A stretch of 64,000 bases of DNA from Thermoplasmata archaeon. Lineage in GTDB: Archaea > Thermoplasmatota > Thermoplasmata > RBG-16-68-12 > JAFNFQ01. The translations under genes were made by a program, and so were the position numbers. This document shows, piece by piece, positions 1 through 10,597 of this stretch (positions are counted from its first letter, which is position 1; each line of letters starts with the position of its first letter). The stretch lies in contig JBGPQV010000001.1 in NCBI GenBank assembly GCA_041489255.1, forward strand, positions 160,001 to 224,000, given 5' to 3'. The notes beneath the pieces are model-generated. The model worked only from the letters and a program-made list of their open reading frames with translations, did not search any database and was not told the DNA's origin.

Positions 1-4
1 AACG

Positions 5-1540
5 TTGACCATCGGAGTATCACCAGTCACAATCCCGTTCGATGGCCACAAGATTGCCGATTCCGGAGCGGATGGTCCGTATATGGTCGAGATGCTGCTC
101 TATGATGAGTATCATCGCCTTATCGATATGGATATTTACATAACAACGGCGTACGCGTCGGATCAATTCGAACTCCCTGACTTGACTGCACCCATCTCGA
201 CCGTAGGGGCTATGTCTTACTGGAAGAACGGGATTCCTTTGCTGGTCCCATATGCAGCCGCCGATTCATCTCCGACGGATGGACTGGAATCGGTGACCTT
301 GTACTACCAGTACAGCGCGGATAACTCCTCATGGAGCTCTTGGACAGAGTACTCCTCCGCTTTCACCGGCTCTAACCCGTCCGCAGGAATCATGCCGTTT
401 ACATTCCCCGACGGAGCCGGCTACTATCGGTTCCAGATGATTTCTATCGACGCGGCAGGGAATCAGGAATCGCTCGGAGCACCTGAGGCCGAAGTCGCCT
501 ATCTCCCCTTGGCTGAAGTGCGGTTCCAGCCCGATCCGCTCCCGCTCTCTGCTGGACAGCAGAGGACCCTCACCGTCTCGATACTGAGCACGAACGGTCA
601 ACCTGCCATGCTTGAATCTTCCCAAACGGTGAACCTCGACACATGGTCCCAGTCAGGGGAGTACCGTGCAGTGAGCGGCTCGACTCCGATCACGAGTGTG
701 ACCATCCAGGCGGGTTCTTCAAGCGCGAGCGTCGACTACTACGACGCTGCAGCCGGCACATGGACGCTCCTCGGGTACACGAGTGGCGGCATTGGCGGCA
801 TGGGCGAAGCGATTGTGATCGCAGGCTCCGTCGCGTCCATTACGGTCGAACCGGGGGCGATTGCCATCGAGGTCACTCAAGCCCAAACCTTCACGGCAAT
901 TGCCAAAGACGCCTACGGGAACAGCGTATCAAGCGCCATCATAACATGGGATGTTGGCAGCAGCCTTGGCACAGTCGACGCCACCGGCAGGTTCACTGCC
1001 GGCACCTTGGCGCGATCGGGGACAATCACAGCACGGTCCGATAGCATCCAAGGCTCCGCTGATATAATCTTGACACCAGGACCTGCGGCCGGCATCGAGG
1101 TCACCCCGGACAGCGCGACCATCCAGTCCGGAACGGAGGTGACCATCATCGCGGAGGTCGTGGATGCCTACGGGAATGTCATCAACGCCGCATCCGTCAC
1201 ATGGACAGTGTCTGGTCCCGGGACTGTCAGCCCGGGCTCTGGCGCCACCACCACGGTCACCGCCAACGGTGCGGGAGCGATTTCCGTCACTGCCACCCTT
1301 GGATCGCTCAGTGCGACTGCAACTTTCACCTCGGTCGACACTGGAGGCGGGCTCTCGAGCATGGCGATAGCCGGCATCGCGGGCAGTCTCATCGGCGGTA
1401 TCCTTATCGGCTTTGCAGTCGGCTGGATCCTCCATAAGAGACGAACCAAGCCGCAACAGCCCGCGCAGATGCAGGTTCCACCGCCTCCCCCAGTGAACTT
1501 CCCGCCCGCCCAACCTCCGCTACCGCCACAAGGAACCTAA
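5..1540 (+). CDS. C-terminal part of a membrane-anchored surface protein with Ig-like repeats (starts before the window)
   Basis: Big_2-like repeats (VASITVEP...TAIAKDAYGN; GIEVTPDS...VVDAYGN), C-terminal TM (IAGIAGSLIGGILIGFAVGWIL), basic cluster HKRR and Pro-rich tail. Confidence 0.8.
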   Translation: MTIGVSPVTIPFDGHKIADSGADGPYMVEMLLYDEYHRLIDMDIYITTAYASDQFELPDLTAPISTVGAMSYWKNGIPLLVPYAAADSSPTDGLESVTLYYQYSADNSSWSSWTEYSSAFTGSNPSAGIMPFTFPDGAGYYRFQMISIDAAGNQESLGAPEAEVAYLPLAEVRFQPDPLPLSAGQQRTLTVSILSTNGQPAMLESSQTVNLDTWSQSGEYRAVSGSTPITSVTIQAGSSSASVDYYDAAAGTWTLLGYTSGGIGGMGEAIVIAGSVASITVEPGAIAIEVTQAQTFTAIAKDAYGNSVSSAIITWDVGSSLGTVDATGRFTAGTLARSGTITARSDSIQGSADIILTPGPAAGIEVTPDSATIQSGTEVTIIAEVVDAYGNVINAASVTWTVSGPGTVSPGSGATTTVTANGAGAISVTATLGSLSATATFTSVDTGGGLSSMAIAGIAGSLIGGILIGFAVGWILHKRRTKPQQPAQMQVPPPPPVNFPPAQPPLPPQGT

Positions 1541-1749
1541 GCCGAAACCCCGACCTTGGTGGGCCTACTGCGCGAATTCTCGCTCCAGCCAGCGGGAGCT
1601 TTGCCGCGTGAGCATCCAGCCCCATCGAGACGATTGTCGGGGGACAGTGCATCCACCTCAGCGTTCTCGGATGAAGGCATGACACCACAAGTTAGATAAG
1701 CAACCGATTTCTACTTTCAATCCGGCGGATACAGGTCAGCCGAGACCAA

Positions 1750-2757
1750 ATGGCCGGACTTAGCCGATTCATCGTAAAGCGGAGCATCCAGGGAATCATT
1801 ACTGTACTCGTTGTCACGACCCTCGTTTTCATTCTATTCGAAGCGATGCCAGGGGACCCAATCGCTCGCTTCCGATTCGACCCGACATGTGCGAGGAACC
1901 CCGAGTGCCTTCCGCGGCTGATCGAGCAGTTCGGGCTGGACGCCCCCATCCAAGTCCGATACCTGAACTTCATGAGGAACATGTTCACACTGCAGTTCGG
2001 ACTGTCTTACCAGTACAACCGGCCTGTCAGCGACATTTTGTCCGACGCGTTGCCGAGGACTCTCGGTCTATTCGGCACAGCCACCATCATCACCTATCTC
2101 CTGGGAGTGGTCATCGGCTCGCGCATCGGCTGGAAGCGCGGGGGTGCGGAGGAGGGCGGCTGGATCTTATTCAGCCTATTCTTCTACAACATGCCGTCTT
2201 TCTGGATAGGGTTGATTTTCATCTGGATATTTGCGTTCAAGTTTGGCTTTTTCCCGTTAGGTGGCTTCCAATCCGCCAATATGGATGAGCTCGTCAACAG
2301 GTTCACCTTCCTCAAAGGCTCGTTCCTCATAGGCCCCTTCGATTATGTCTGGCATCTGATTCTTCCTCTCACCGTTCTCGTACTCATAAACCTCGCCGGA
2401 GTCATCCTGCTGATGAGGACTTCCCTGCTGGAAGTGCTCAAAGAGGATTACATCCTGACCGCAAGGGCCAAAGGCCTCCCTGAGCGAATCGTGCGGCGCC
2501 GCCATGCAAATAGGAATGCCTACCTCCCGATCGTGACATCGTTCGCGATAGCCCTGGCATACTCCGTGGGCGGCGCCATCATACTTGAGCAGATTTTCAC
2601 ATATCAGGGGTTGGGGTACTTCTTCCTCCAAGCGATACTCACGCAGGACCATTTCCTTGCGGGCGCGACATTGTTCATCCTCTCTCTACTCGTTATTGTC
2701 GGCAACATATTCGCAGACCTCCTATATGCGTGGCTTGATCCACGGGTGAGGCTCTAG
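1750..2757 (+). CDS. dppB: Peptide ABC transporter permease DppB/OppB
   Basis: N-terminal MPGDP motif, FGLDAPI...YLNF, EAA loop EDYILTARAKGL, multiple TMs. Confidence 0.95.
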   Translation: MAGLSRFIVKRSIQGIITVLVVTTLVFILFEAMPGDPIARFRFDPTCARNPECLPRLIEQFGLDAPIQVRYLNFMRNMFTLQFGLSYQYNRPVSDILSDALPRTLGLFGTATIITYLLGVVIGSRIGWKRGGAEEGGWILFSLFFYNMPSFWIGLIFIWIFAFKFGFFPLGGFQSANMDELVNRFTFLKGSFLIGPFDYVWHLILPLTVLVLINLAGVILLMRTSLLEVLKEDYILTARAKGLPERIVRRRHANRNAYLPIVTSFAIALAYSVGGAIILEQIFTYQGLGYFFLQAILTQDHFLAGATLFILSLLVIVGNIFADLLYAWLDPRVRL

Positions 2758-2767
2758 GAGAAATCGC

Positions 2768-5044
2768 ATGGTTGATCCAGAGAAGGCGGAAATAAGCACT
2801 CTCAGAACATTGACCAGAACGATCAAGAAGTCCTGGGCATTGTTCAAGCGCAGCAAGCTCGGCCTCGCAGGAACCGCCGTAATCGCAATCTTCGTGTTCC
2901 TTGCGGTTTTCGCTCAATGGATTTCGCCTTTCACCCCCGAATTCCTTGCCCCCGACTCAGACGTCTTCAAAGAGGTCTCATACACCAAGACGTACAACGC
3001 GAGCGCGCATCTCTACGATCCGGTGATCGGCCCTTCGGCGCCCAAAGATCCCCTCAAACAAGGGGGAAGACTTTGGATCATCATGACACGAGAAGATGGG
3101 CGGGTCTTCATGGATCCCGTCATGAGGAATGCGACTCCATTCAGTGATCCGGGAGCCATGCTTGAGTTCAACATAACGGACTTCGGGCTAAGGACCCCTG
3201 TCACCAACATGCTGTACATTGTGCCCGGCCGCAACAGGCTCGGTCAGACTGAGTTCTATGACGACCTGAGGAAGAATGGCCTGCTCGCATTCGTCGCGAA
3301 CCAAGAGCTCATCCTATTCGACCCGTTCCAGAGCCGAATCCTGTACAGGGATGACGTCGGGTTCCAGCCCAAGTGGTTCGTCGAGGATCCGGTGTCTTCC
3401 GGGGACATGTACGAGTTCCCCCTGCTACTCTATGACGTATTCAGCGGATTCCATACCTGGCGATTCATCGTCGCCGCGAACGATACTCACGTGACCGTCT
3501 ACCGCGTGAACTACAGATCGAGCCAAGACTCGCCTCAGCTGAGTGGCGTGGACAAAATAGTCTCCGTCGACTTGCCGGTTACGGCCATGCCCCTCGCGTA
3601 TTACCTGCAATTGAATGACCAGCGCTCCGGCATCCTTGTTCCAACCGCCAACAACAAGCTTGCCGTTTTCTCCATAGATGGCACGGTTCGCGTTGACTTG
3701 AATCTGACCCTCGGCGGAGAGCCGTCGAATGTCACCGCTCCAATCGGCTACATCAGGGCTCCGGAAATCTTCATGCTTTATGTGCCGCTTAAGTCCGCCA
3801 ATAACGCAGGGATAGGTTACCTCTTGCCGAGGGACACGAGACTCGGGAATCTAACCTTCGAACATGAGCTCGTGATAGATGACCCCAACGCAACCGTGAC
3901 CGTCCAACCCGACCCCGGCAATGCTGACACGCCGCAATTCGTGCTGACGCATTACAGTGCCGGTAACCCTGTGAGCAGCGATCTTCTGCGCGGGTCGCCG
4001 AACGGCATGCTCGACCCCGTCGTGGACGTTCCCCTTTCGAGACCGGTCATTGGCTTCTTCTTCAGCCCAACGACCTCGCAGGTCATGGCGCTCGACACAG
4101 ACGGCACTGTATGGAGCCATCCGACCGTTTCGTTGAGCGTGCTGCGCCAAGGATTGACGAACTTCCTGCGTAACAGCGACCCGAACAGGAAAACGCTGAT
4201 GTACATGGGCAGCTGGGGTGGTGCCAAGTACAGCATACAGATGTCCAGCGAGGAGACACTGGCGCTGGTGTTTGAGCCAGGCACGGGCAGGACGACGATA
4301 CTCAAGATCATCGGAACATCCATCGCCCCTCTTCCCCCAGGCAAGTATCCCTCGGGCAACACCTATTGGCTTGGAACAGATGATCAGGGTCATGACATCC
4401 TCACACAACTGATCTACGGCTCAAGGGTCGCGCTCGAAGTCGGTATCGTGGCGGCGCTCGCTGCCGTCGTGATCGGCACGATCGTAGGCCTTGTCGCCGG
4501 ATTCTACGGAGGGCTGCTGGATACAATCCTGATGAGGTTGACTGACATAGCCCTGGTCCTCCCGTTCCTCCCCATAGTCCTGATACTTGCGGCAATTCTG
4601 GGTCCAAGCATTCTCAACATAATCATCGTGATAGCGGTTCTGGGTTGGCCCGGCATCGCTCGTGTAATCAGAGCGCAGACTCTGTCCCTGAAGGAGAGAC
4701 CATTCGTCGATGCGGCCCGCATTTCTGGAGCGTCGAGGAGCAGGACCATGATAATCCACATCGGGCCAAACGTTCTGCCGTTCGCCTTCCTGTACATGAC
4801 GCTCAACGTCGGCGGCGCCATCTTGACCGAAGCCGCTGTCAGCTTCCTTGGCCTAGGCGATCCCAGACCGGGCGCTGTTTCATGGGGCATAATGCTCCGC
4901 ACGCTCAGTTCATCGGGGAACACCCTTACCGCATGGTGGTGGCTCCTGCCCCCGGGCCTCTGCATCACGCTCGTGTCGCTCGGATTCTACCTGGTAGGGA
5001 GAGCCATAGATGACATCGTGAACCCAAGACTGAGGGAGAGGTGA
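2768..5044 (+). CDS. dppC: Peptide ABC transporter permease DppC/OppC with a large extracytoplasmic insertion
   Basis: OppC N-terminal TM, ~460-aa insert, then WLGTDDQGHDILTQLIYGSR and EAA loop ERPFVDAARISGAS. Confidence 0.9.
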   Translation: MVDPEKAEISTLRTLTRTIKKSWALFKRSKLGLAGTAVIAIFVFLAVFAQWISPFTPEFLAPDSDVFKEVSYTKTYNASAHLYDPVIGPSAPKDPLKQGGRLWIIMTREDGRVFMDPVMRNATPFSDPGAMLEFNITDFGLRTPVTNMLYIVPGRNRLGQTEFYDDLRKNGLLAFVANQELILFDPFQSRILYRDDVGFQPKWFVEDPVSSGDMYEFPLLLYDVFSGFHTWRFIVAANDTHVTVYRVNYRSSQDSPQLSGVDKIVSVDLPVTAMPLAYYLQLNDQRSGILVPTANNKLAVFSIDGTVRVDLNLTLGGEPSNVTAPIGYIRAPEIFMLYVPLKSANNAGIGYLLPRDTRLGNLTFEHELVIDDPNATVTVQPDPGNADTPQFVLTHYSAGNPVSSDLLRGSPNGMLDPVVDVPLSRPVIGFFFSPTTSQVMALDTDGTVWSHPTVSLSVLRQGLTNFLRNSDPNRKTLMYMGSWGGAKYSIQMSSEETLALVFEPGTGRTTILKIIGTSIAPLPPGKYPSGNTYWLGTDDQGHDILTQLIYGSRVALEVGIVAALAAVVIGTIVGLVAGFYGGLLDTILMRLTDIALVLPFLPIVLILAAILGPSILNIIIVIAVLGWPGIARVIRAQTLSLKERPFVDAARISGASRSRTMIIHIGPNVLPFAFLYMTLNVGGAILTEAAVSFLGLGDPRPGAVSWGIMLRTLSSSGNTLTAWWWLLPPGLCITLVSLGFYLVGRAIDDIVNPRLRER

Positions 5045-5047
5045 GCC

Positions 5048-6067
5048 ATGCCGTTGCTCGAAATCCAAGACCTCGTGGTGCACTACAAAATCAAGACAGG
5101 CTGGGTGCATGCGTGCGACGGAGTCTCCCTACATCTGGACAGAGGCGAGACCCTCGGCCTCGTCGGAGAATCCGCCTGCGGCAAGACCACACTGGCGTAC
5201 GGAATCTCGCAACTGCTGCCCTCCAACGCCTACATCAAGGGCGGAAGGATCGTGTTCAACGGCCAGAACCTCCTTCAGCTGTCGATGAGGAAGGACGGGA
5301 GATTGAGAGAATACGAACCTAAGCTCAACAAGATACGCTGGAAAGAAATCTCCATGATTTTCCAGGGCGCGATGAACGCCCTCAACCCGGTCCACCGCGT
5401 CGGTGATCAGATAATCGAGGCGATAGTCTTCCATGAGCGCGTCACAAAGCAAGTCGCGAGGATGAGGGTCGAACAGCTCTACGACTTGGTCGGCGTGCCC
5501 AAGGACCGCATCGACAACTATCCGCACGAGTACAGCGGTGGCATGAAACAGAGGGCGATGATAGCCATGGCCCTCGCATTGAACCCCAAGCTCGTCATCG
5601 CGGACGAACCGACTACCGCCCTCGACGTCATCACTCAAAGCAAGATACTCGGAAGGATCAAGGACTTACAGAGTCAGCTGGATATGGCGATGATAATCAT
5701 TACGCACGACGTTTCCGTCGTTGCGAAAACCGCGAAGAGAATCGCGGTGATGTACGCCGGCCAGTTATCAGAGATCGGCACCACTAGGCAAGTATTCAAG
5801 GAAACGGCGCACCCCTACACTTCCGGTCTCCTTGGTAGCTTCCCGAGCGTGAAGGGCGAGGTGCGCAAGCTCACGACGATCAAAGGGAATCCTCCGAGCC
5901 TCGTGGAGCCGCCGACCGGCTGCCGCTTCCACCCCCGTTGCCCATATATGCAGGACATCTGCAAGACCGTGCAGCCTCCTGCGGTGGACATGGGTGACAA
6001 TCACTTCTCGCAGTGCCACTTCTCCAAGGAACTCGCAGGAACGCTGTCTCCAGAGGTGTTCGGGTGA
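5048..6067 (+). CDS. dppD: Peptide ABC transporter ATPase DppD
   Basis: Walker [10 protein letters not shown], signature [17 protein letters not shown], oligo_HPY tail with CRFHPRC. Confidence 0.95.
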   Translation: MPLLEIQDLVVHYKIKTGWVHACDGVSLHLDRGETLGLVGESACGKTTLAYGISQLLPSNAYIKGGRIVFNGQNLLQLSMRKDGRLREYEPKLNKIRWKEISMIFQGAMNALNPVHRVGDQIIEAIVFHERVTKQVARMRVEQLYDLVGVPKDRIDNYPHEYSGGMKQRAMIAMALALNPKLVIADEPTTALDVITQSKILGRIKDLQSQLDMAMIIITHDVSVVAKTAKRIAVMYAGQLSEIGTTRQVFKETAHPYTSGLLGSFPSVKGEVRKLTTIKGNPPSLVEPPTGCRFHPRCPYMQDICKTVQPPAVDMGDNHFSQCHFSKELAGTLSPEVFG

Positions 6068-7134
6068 TCACTGCGCCAGCCGTCCCGGTCACAGACGCCT
6101 CCAGGATCCTCACTATCCAAGATTTAGTCAAGCATTTCGAGTTGAAACAGTCGTTCTTCGCTATGTCGGGCCCGCCGCTGACGGTGACGGCGGTCGATGG
6201 CGTCTCGTTCAGCATCAGGTCAGGCGAGATACTTGGCCTGGTGGGCGAGTCCGGATGCGGCAAGACGACGGTAGGTCGCCTCATCGCGCGATTGGAGAAC
6301 CCAACCGCGGGCCGGATCGACTTCCTCGGCGTCGACATCGCGACAATCAGAGGCAGCGATCTTGTCGCTTTCAGGAAGTACATTCAGATGATCTTCCAAG
6401 ACCCCTACGAATCGCTGAACCCCAGATTCAGCGTTTTCCGCGCGGTCGTCGAACCCTTGAGAATCCTAGGCATCGGCGACACGAAAGAACAGCGCCTCGA
6501 GCTCGTGATCAAGGCGCTGGAGGATGCAGGCCTGAAGCCTGCCGAGGAATTAATCGGACGTTTTCCCCATGAACTGAGCGGCGGGCAAAGACAACGAGTC
6601 GCCATAGCCCGCGCGCTCGTGGTGGGCCCCAAGTTCATTGTGGCTGACGAACCCGTGAGCATGCTCGACGTCTCGATCCGAGCGGGTGTCATGAACCAGA
6701 TGCTCGAGCTCCGGGACAAGTACGACATACCTTTCCTCTTCATCACTCACGACATATCAGTGGCGAGGTATATGTCAGACACAATCGGCGTCATGTATCT
6801 CGGGAAAATCGTGGAAACGGGGCCGACGGAGCAGATTATCAACCAGCCAACCCACCCGTACACGAGGGCCCTCCTCGCTGCGGTCCCGGTGCCAGATCCG
6901 GAGCACGCGTATCCGCCCGTGCCGATAAGCGGAGAACTGCCGAGCCCGATCAATGTTCCGAAGGGCTGCAGGTTCCACACGAGGTGCGTCTACGCTACTC
7001 AGTTGTGCAGGGAGGTGGACCCCGCGTCCACCGAGGTCAGTCCGGGCCATGCAGCCCTATGCCACTTCGCCTACGACTTCTTCTCCATGGGGCCTTACAC
7101 CCCGCCGGCTCCATTGCCGCCCAAGGAGGGATAG
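6064..7134 (+). CDS. dppF: Peptide ABC transporter ATPase DppF
   Basis: GTG start overlaps the dppD stop (GTGA); [30 protein letters not shown]. Confidence 0.95.
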   Translation: MITAPAVPVTDASRILTIQDLVKHFELKQSFFAMSGPPLTVTAVDGVSFSIRSGEILGLVGESGCGKTTVGRLIARLENPTAGRIDFLGVDIATIRGSDLVAFRKYIQMIFQDPYESLNPRFSVFRAVVEPLRILGIGDTKEQRLELVIKALEDAGLKPAEELIGRFPHELSGGQRQRVAIARALVVGPKFIVADEPVSMLDVSIRAGVMNQMLELRDKYDIPFLFITHDISVARYMSDTIGVMYLGKIVETGPTEQIINQPTHPYTRALLAAVPVPDPEHAYPPVPISGELPSPINVPKGCRFHTRCVYATQLCREVDPASTEVSPGHAALCHFAYDFFSMGPYTPPAPLPPKEG

Positions 7135-7139
7135 GGCCC

Positions 7140-7805
7140 TTGCGGGTCAACCCGAAGAGGTTGAAGATAATCCGCATCACCGCTTGGGCATCGCTTCTCG
7201 CTTTGACATTCTCTTTCGCGGGCCTCTCCCTGCTGAGTGCCGCAAACTACACCGACGTCGCGTTTGCAAAGCTGTCCGTCGAGATTGGCGCGGACCTCGT
7301 CATTGAGGCCTCGGCTCTTGGAACCTCCGGGGAAGTCCTCGACGGAACGGTGTTCTGGTACAATGCCACGATAAACGTGTCGAATCCAAGCCAGAGGACC
7401 GTGAAGCTCCAGTATATCAAATACCAGGGATGGATCGAGGACTACATCACGGAGGACCATTTCGGCGGGACTTTCACGAGCTATTACCCCATGCTCACCG
7501 CGAACCAGAGCTATCCGGCGAACTCCGGGATCATTGCTCCCCAAAGCGCGGAAACATACCAAATGAACTGGACGCTCAGCCATCCGCAGCAGCTGGTCTA
7601 CTTCGAGGGAACGCAGCAAATCTTAAACTACGTGCTCCTGAACTCGAGCCGCCATCTGCGCTGGGACCAGGCATCATGGAACCATTTCTTCGTGTTCCGA
7701 CTCACGGTGACGAATGTGCCAACAGACTACTACGGACCCAATTCTGACTATCTGTCCCAACTCCCGGTGATAACGAAGACGCAGGGGGTCAGCCATGGCA
7801 GCTAG
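7140..7805 (+). CDS. Hypothetical protein with N-terminal membrane anchor
   Basis: TTG start after AAGGAGGG; basic N-terminus plus hydrophobic helix, beta-rich exported domain; inside the operon. Confidence 0.7.
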   Translation: MRVNPKRLKIIRITAWASLLALTFSFAGLSLLSAANYTDVAFAKLSVEIGADLVIEASALGTSGEVLDGTVFWYNATINVSNPSQRTVKLQYIKYQGWIEDYITEDHFGGTFTSYYPMLTANQSYPANSGIIAPQSAETYQMNWTLSHPQQLVYFEGTQQILNYVLLNSSRHLRWDQASWNHFFVFRLTVTNVPTDYYGPNSDYLSQLPVITKTQGVSHGS

Positions 7806-7820
7806 GCTGGAGGGGGGGTA

Positions 7821-8303
7821 GTGTTCAAGCTCTCCAGGGCCCTGTTGAAGCGGATCGCGAGGATCATCGTCCTTTCCCTCTGCATCGGGACGGTGGTCGG
7901 CTACCTGTCGTTCTACATGATGATGCCGAGCGTGTCAGTGCCCCAGACAAACAGCCCGTCGCTGGCGGTGGCTGGCCTTTTCCTCCTCGTGGTCGGTGTC
8001 CTTGCAGGGGCTTTATCGGAAGATCTTGAGTCGATGACTATCGAGGCGCTCTCAGGGATAGGGATAGGCGTCGTGCTCGGCTGGCTTCTCTTCATCTCGC
8101 CATCCGCCAACCCGGACATTATGATACCGAATGCCGGGGGATACATCATCAACGTCATCCATGCCGCACTGCCCCTGATAATCCTGGCGGTCTTGACCCT
8201 CTTCATTGGAGGTTTCATCGGAGGAATGATCATGGAAAGCATGCAGGCGAAAGGCGCATCCTCCGTGTTCGATAGAATGAATGCGGGGAAGAAAGCCGAG
8301 TAG
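7821..8303 (+). CDS. Hypothetical 4-TM membrane protein
   Basis: Four hydrophobic segments; GGAGG upstream; tight operon spacing. Confidence 0.75.
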   Translation: MFKLSRALLKRIARIIVLSLCIGTVVGYLSFYMMMPSVSVPQTNSPSLAVAGLFLLVVGVLAGALSEDLESMTIEALSGIGIGVVLGWLLFISPSANPDIMIPNAGGYIINVIHAALPLIILAVLTLFIGGFIGGMIMESMQAKGASSVFDRMNAGKKAE

Positions 8304-8340
8304 CATAAGCAATAAATGTCGATGCATCTGTGCTCTTTCC

Positions 8341-8862
8341 GTGTTGGTCGCGATAACCGGGACGCCGGGCACCGGAAAGAGTTCAGTTTCCAGGGAGCTA
8401 GCCCGCCGCGGCTTCACCGTCGTCGACGCCGCGCGACTGGCGTTTGAAAAGGGGTTTGCGGTGCGTCCGAAAAGGACAGGAGCTCCCGCCATCGTGGATA
8501 TCGCGAGATTGAGGAAAGTGCAATTGCCCAAGGGCGATCTCGTCTTCATCTCCTCTCACTTCTCGCATCTCCTTAAATCGGATATCGCGATAGTCCTGCG
8601 CTGTTCCCCAAGTATCCTGAAGGCCAGGCTGGAAGGCAGGAAATGGCGGAAGGAGAAAGTGATGGAGAATGTCGAGGCAGAGGCGATCGACCTGATTACC
8701 GTGGAAGCGATCCAGCGCTGCAAGAAGGTCTTCGAGGTCGATACGACCTCCATTGACGCAAAGGAGGCCTCGCGCCAAATCCTTGAAATAGTGAAAGGGT
8801 CGGTGAAGGGCCACGAACCCGGGCATATAGACTGGAGCGAGGAGATCCTTTCATGGTACTAG
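8341..8862 (+). CDS. Adenylate kinase, AK6/Fap7 type
   Basis: P-loop ITGTPGTGKS, SHFSHL motif, VLRCSP...LKARL, ENVEAEA; GTG start inferred. Confidence 0.9.
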   Translation: MLVAITGTPGTGKSSVSRELARRGFTVVDAARLAFEKGFAVRPKRTGAPAIVDIARLRKVQLPKGDLVFISSHFSHLLKSDIAIVLRCSPSILKARLEGRKWRKEKVMENVEAEAIDLITVEAIQRCKKVFEVDTTSIDAKEASRQILEIVKGSVKGHEPGHIDWSEEILSWY

Positions 8863-9473
8863 ACGCTCATCGGGGCCTGGCGGATCGCTATCTCCTGCCG
8901 ATGGCCAACAGGATGATCGACGTCGATCCGAACATGCTCACGTGGATGGCGTTCGGATTCGCGGTGTTGGCGGGGGTGGCCTTCTATGCCGGCGGTGCTT
9001 TGTTCCTGCTGGCCGCGATGTTCTGCGTGTTTTTCAACGCGCTGTTCGATGCGCTTGACGGCAGGATCGCCAAGCTGACCGGGAAAGCCTCCAGTCGCGG
9101 GGACTTCCTCGACCATGTCCTCGACCGCTATGCTGATATATTCATTCTCGGCGGGATCGCGTTCGGTCCTTATTGCAGCCCCCCCATCGGCATTATGGCG
9201 GTGCTCGGCGTGCTCCTCGCAAGCTATATGGGCACCCAGGCGCAGGCGGTCGGGGTCGGGCGGGACTACGGTGGTCTGCTGGGTCGGGCGGATCGCCTTG
9301 TGATCATCTTCTTCGCGGCCTTCCTCCAGTTGATAGTGATTCTCGGCAACTTCAATCTCGGCAACTCCAATCTGCGGATCATCGAGTGGGCCATGATAGT
9401 ATTCGCAGTGTTTGGGAACCTCACCGCCATCCAGCGGGGAGTCGCAACCTGGAGGAAGCTCTCGCGCACCTAG
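8853..9473 (+). CDS. CDP-alcohol phosphatidyltransferase (archaeal phospholipid synthase)
   Basis: DALDGRIAK...GDFLDHVLDRYAD family motif. Confidence 0.92.
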   Translation: MVLDAHRGLADRYLLPMANRMIDVDPNMLTWMAFGFAVLAGVAFYAGGALFLLAAMFCVFFNALFDALDGRIAKLTGKASSRGDFLDHVLDRYADIFILGGIAFGPYCSPPIGIMAVLGVLLASYMGTQAQAVGVGRDYGGLLGRADRLVIIFFAAFLQLIVILGNFNLGNSNLRIIEWAMIVFAVFGNLTAIQRGVATWRKLSRT

Positions 9474-9483
9474 GGAAGCACGA

Positions 9484-10539
9484 CTACTTCGCAGCCTTCC
9501 TTGGCGGGGAACCGGTGCCTTTCTGGCCTTCCATCCTAGCCTTGAGCCTGTAGTAGCTCAGTGGATGTCTGATTCTGAGGCATGTCTCGTCGGGGCCGGG
9601 GCACAGGCCATACGACTTCATCGTCGCGCATTCAGGCGGGGTGTACTCGGTGGAGCTGATCTTCCCGGTTATATGCTCGATCTGGTAGCCAGTCTTACGC
9701 TCGTCGAAGTCTGGGACCGTCGCGAACACGTTGAAGATCTCCTCGTTGGACATCCCCAAGTTGTGGAGGAAGGACACTATCGCGAACCGCCCGGTGTGGG
9801 GAACATTCTCACCGGCCTGCACCATTGCGAGCAGCTGGTACATGCATGGCGGGAATCTGGTGATTCTAACCTTGCCGAGGTCCTCCGCCTTGAATCTGGC
9901 CTTCTTCTCTGCAACAATCCCCCGTATCTCTTCCAACTGACCCTGGAAGCCTCTGAGGATTAGATCGTTCACGACCATCTCTTCGAGCTCCTTCTCGATC
10001 TTCTTTTGGATGGCATTCTGGAGGACGCGTATCGCCTTCTGCTTGGTGAGGATGACGTAGCCGCCATCGACAATCTGGTTGATCAGCTTCCATGTCTTGC
10101 TCCTCATCTGGTTCGTGTACCGCAGGAAATCGCTGAAGTGGATCCTTGCCGAGCCGTTCTCCCGACTAAGGTCGACCTCCAATTCCTTCGCGACCGCCTC
10201 GATGAAAACGATCTCCTCGACCTGTAGCCGGCTGTTCGCCGCCACCGCCTCCGAGAGAGCGTAGCGGCGGGTGAGGTAAGGATCCTGGACTGAAGCGACC
10301 AGCATCCGGGCGACCGGATAGGACAGGAGCTCCAGCAGAGCCTCGTACTCGCTGGCGAAAGGCGCCTCCGGCACCTCGCCCTTTTCCAGGGCGGCGAGCA
10401 CCCTCCTCTTGCCCATGAGCCTCGCTCGTTCCAGCGCGATGTCGCCGACCAGATCCTCCAGGCTGATATCCTTGCTTCTGATTAGCTGGCCGCTCTCCCT
10501 GAAGAAAGGATATCGAGCGAGTGTCCTGACATCCATCAC
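9484..10539 (-). CDS. priL: DNA primase large subunit
   Basis: N-terminal RYPF; C-terminal Fe-S domain FPPCM...YQIEHI...YTPPECATMKSYGLC...C...HPLSYY. Confidence 0.93.
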   Translation of the reverse strand: MMDVRTLARYPFFRESGQLIRSKDISLEDLVGDIALERARLMGKRRVLAALEKGEVPEAPFASEYEALLELLSYPVARMLVASVQDPYLTRRYALSEAVAANSRLQVEEIVFIEAVAKELEVDLSRENGSARIHFSDFLRYTNQMRSKTWKLINQIVDGGYVILTKQKAIRVLQNAIQKKIEKELEEMVVNDLILRGFQGQLEEIRGIVAEKKARFKAEDLGKVRITRFPPCMYQLLAMVQAGENVPHTGRFAIVSFLHNLGMSNEEIFNVFATVPDFDERKTGYQIEHITGKISSTEYTPPECATMKSYGLCPGPDETCLRIRHPLSYYRLKARMEGQKGTGSPPRKAAK

Positions 10540-10597
10540 TCTTTGAGAAGACGGCGGAGCTAAAAAGGCTGGTGCGGGGATGAACGAATGTGCTTCG

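Noticed and set aside
5165-5191. Apparently defective Walker A (GESACGKTT) in DppD
   Set aside because: It still fits GxxxxGKT.
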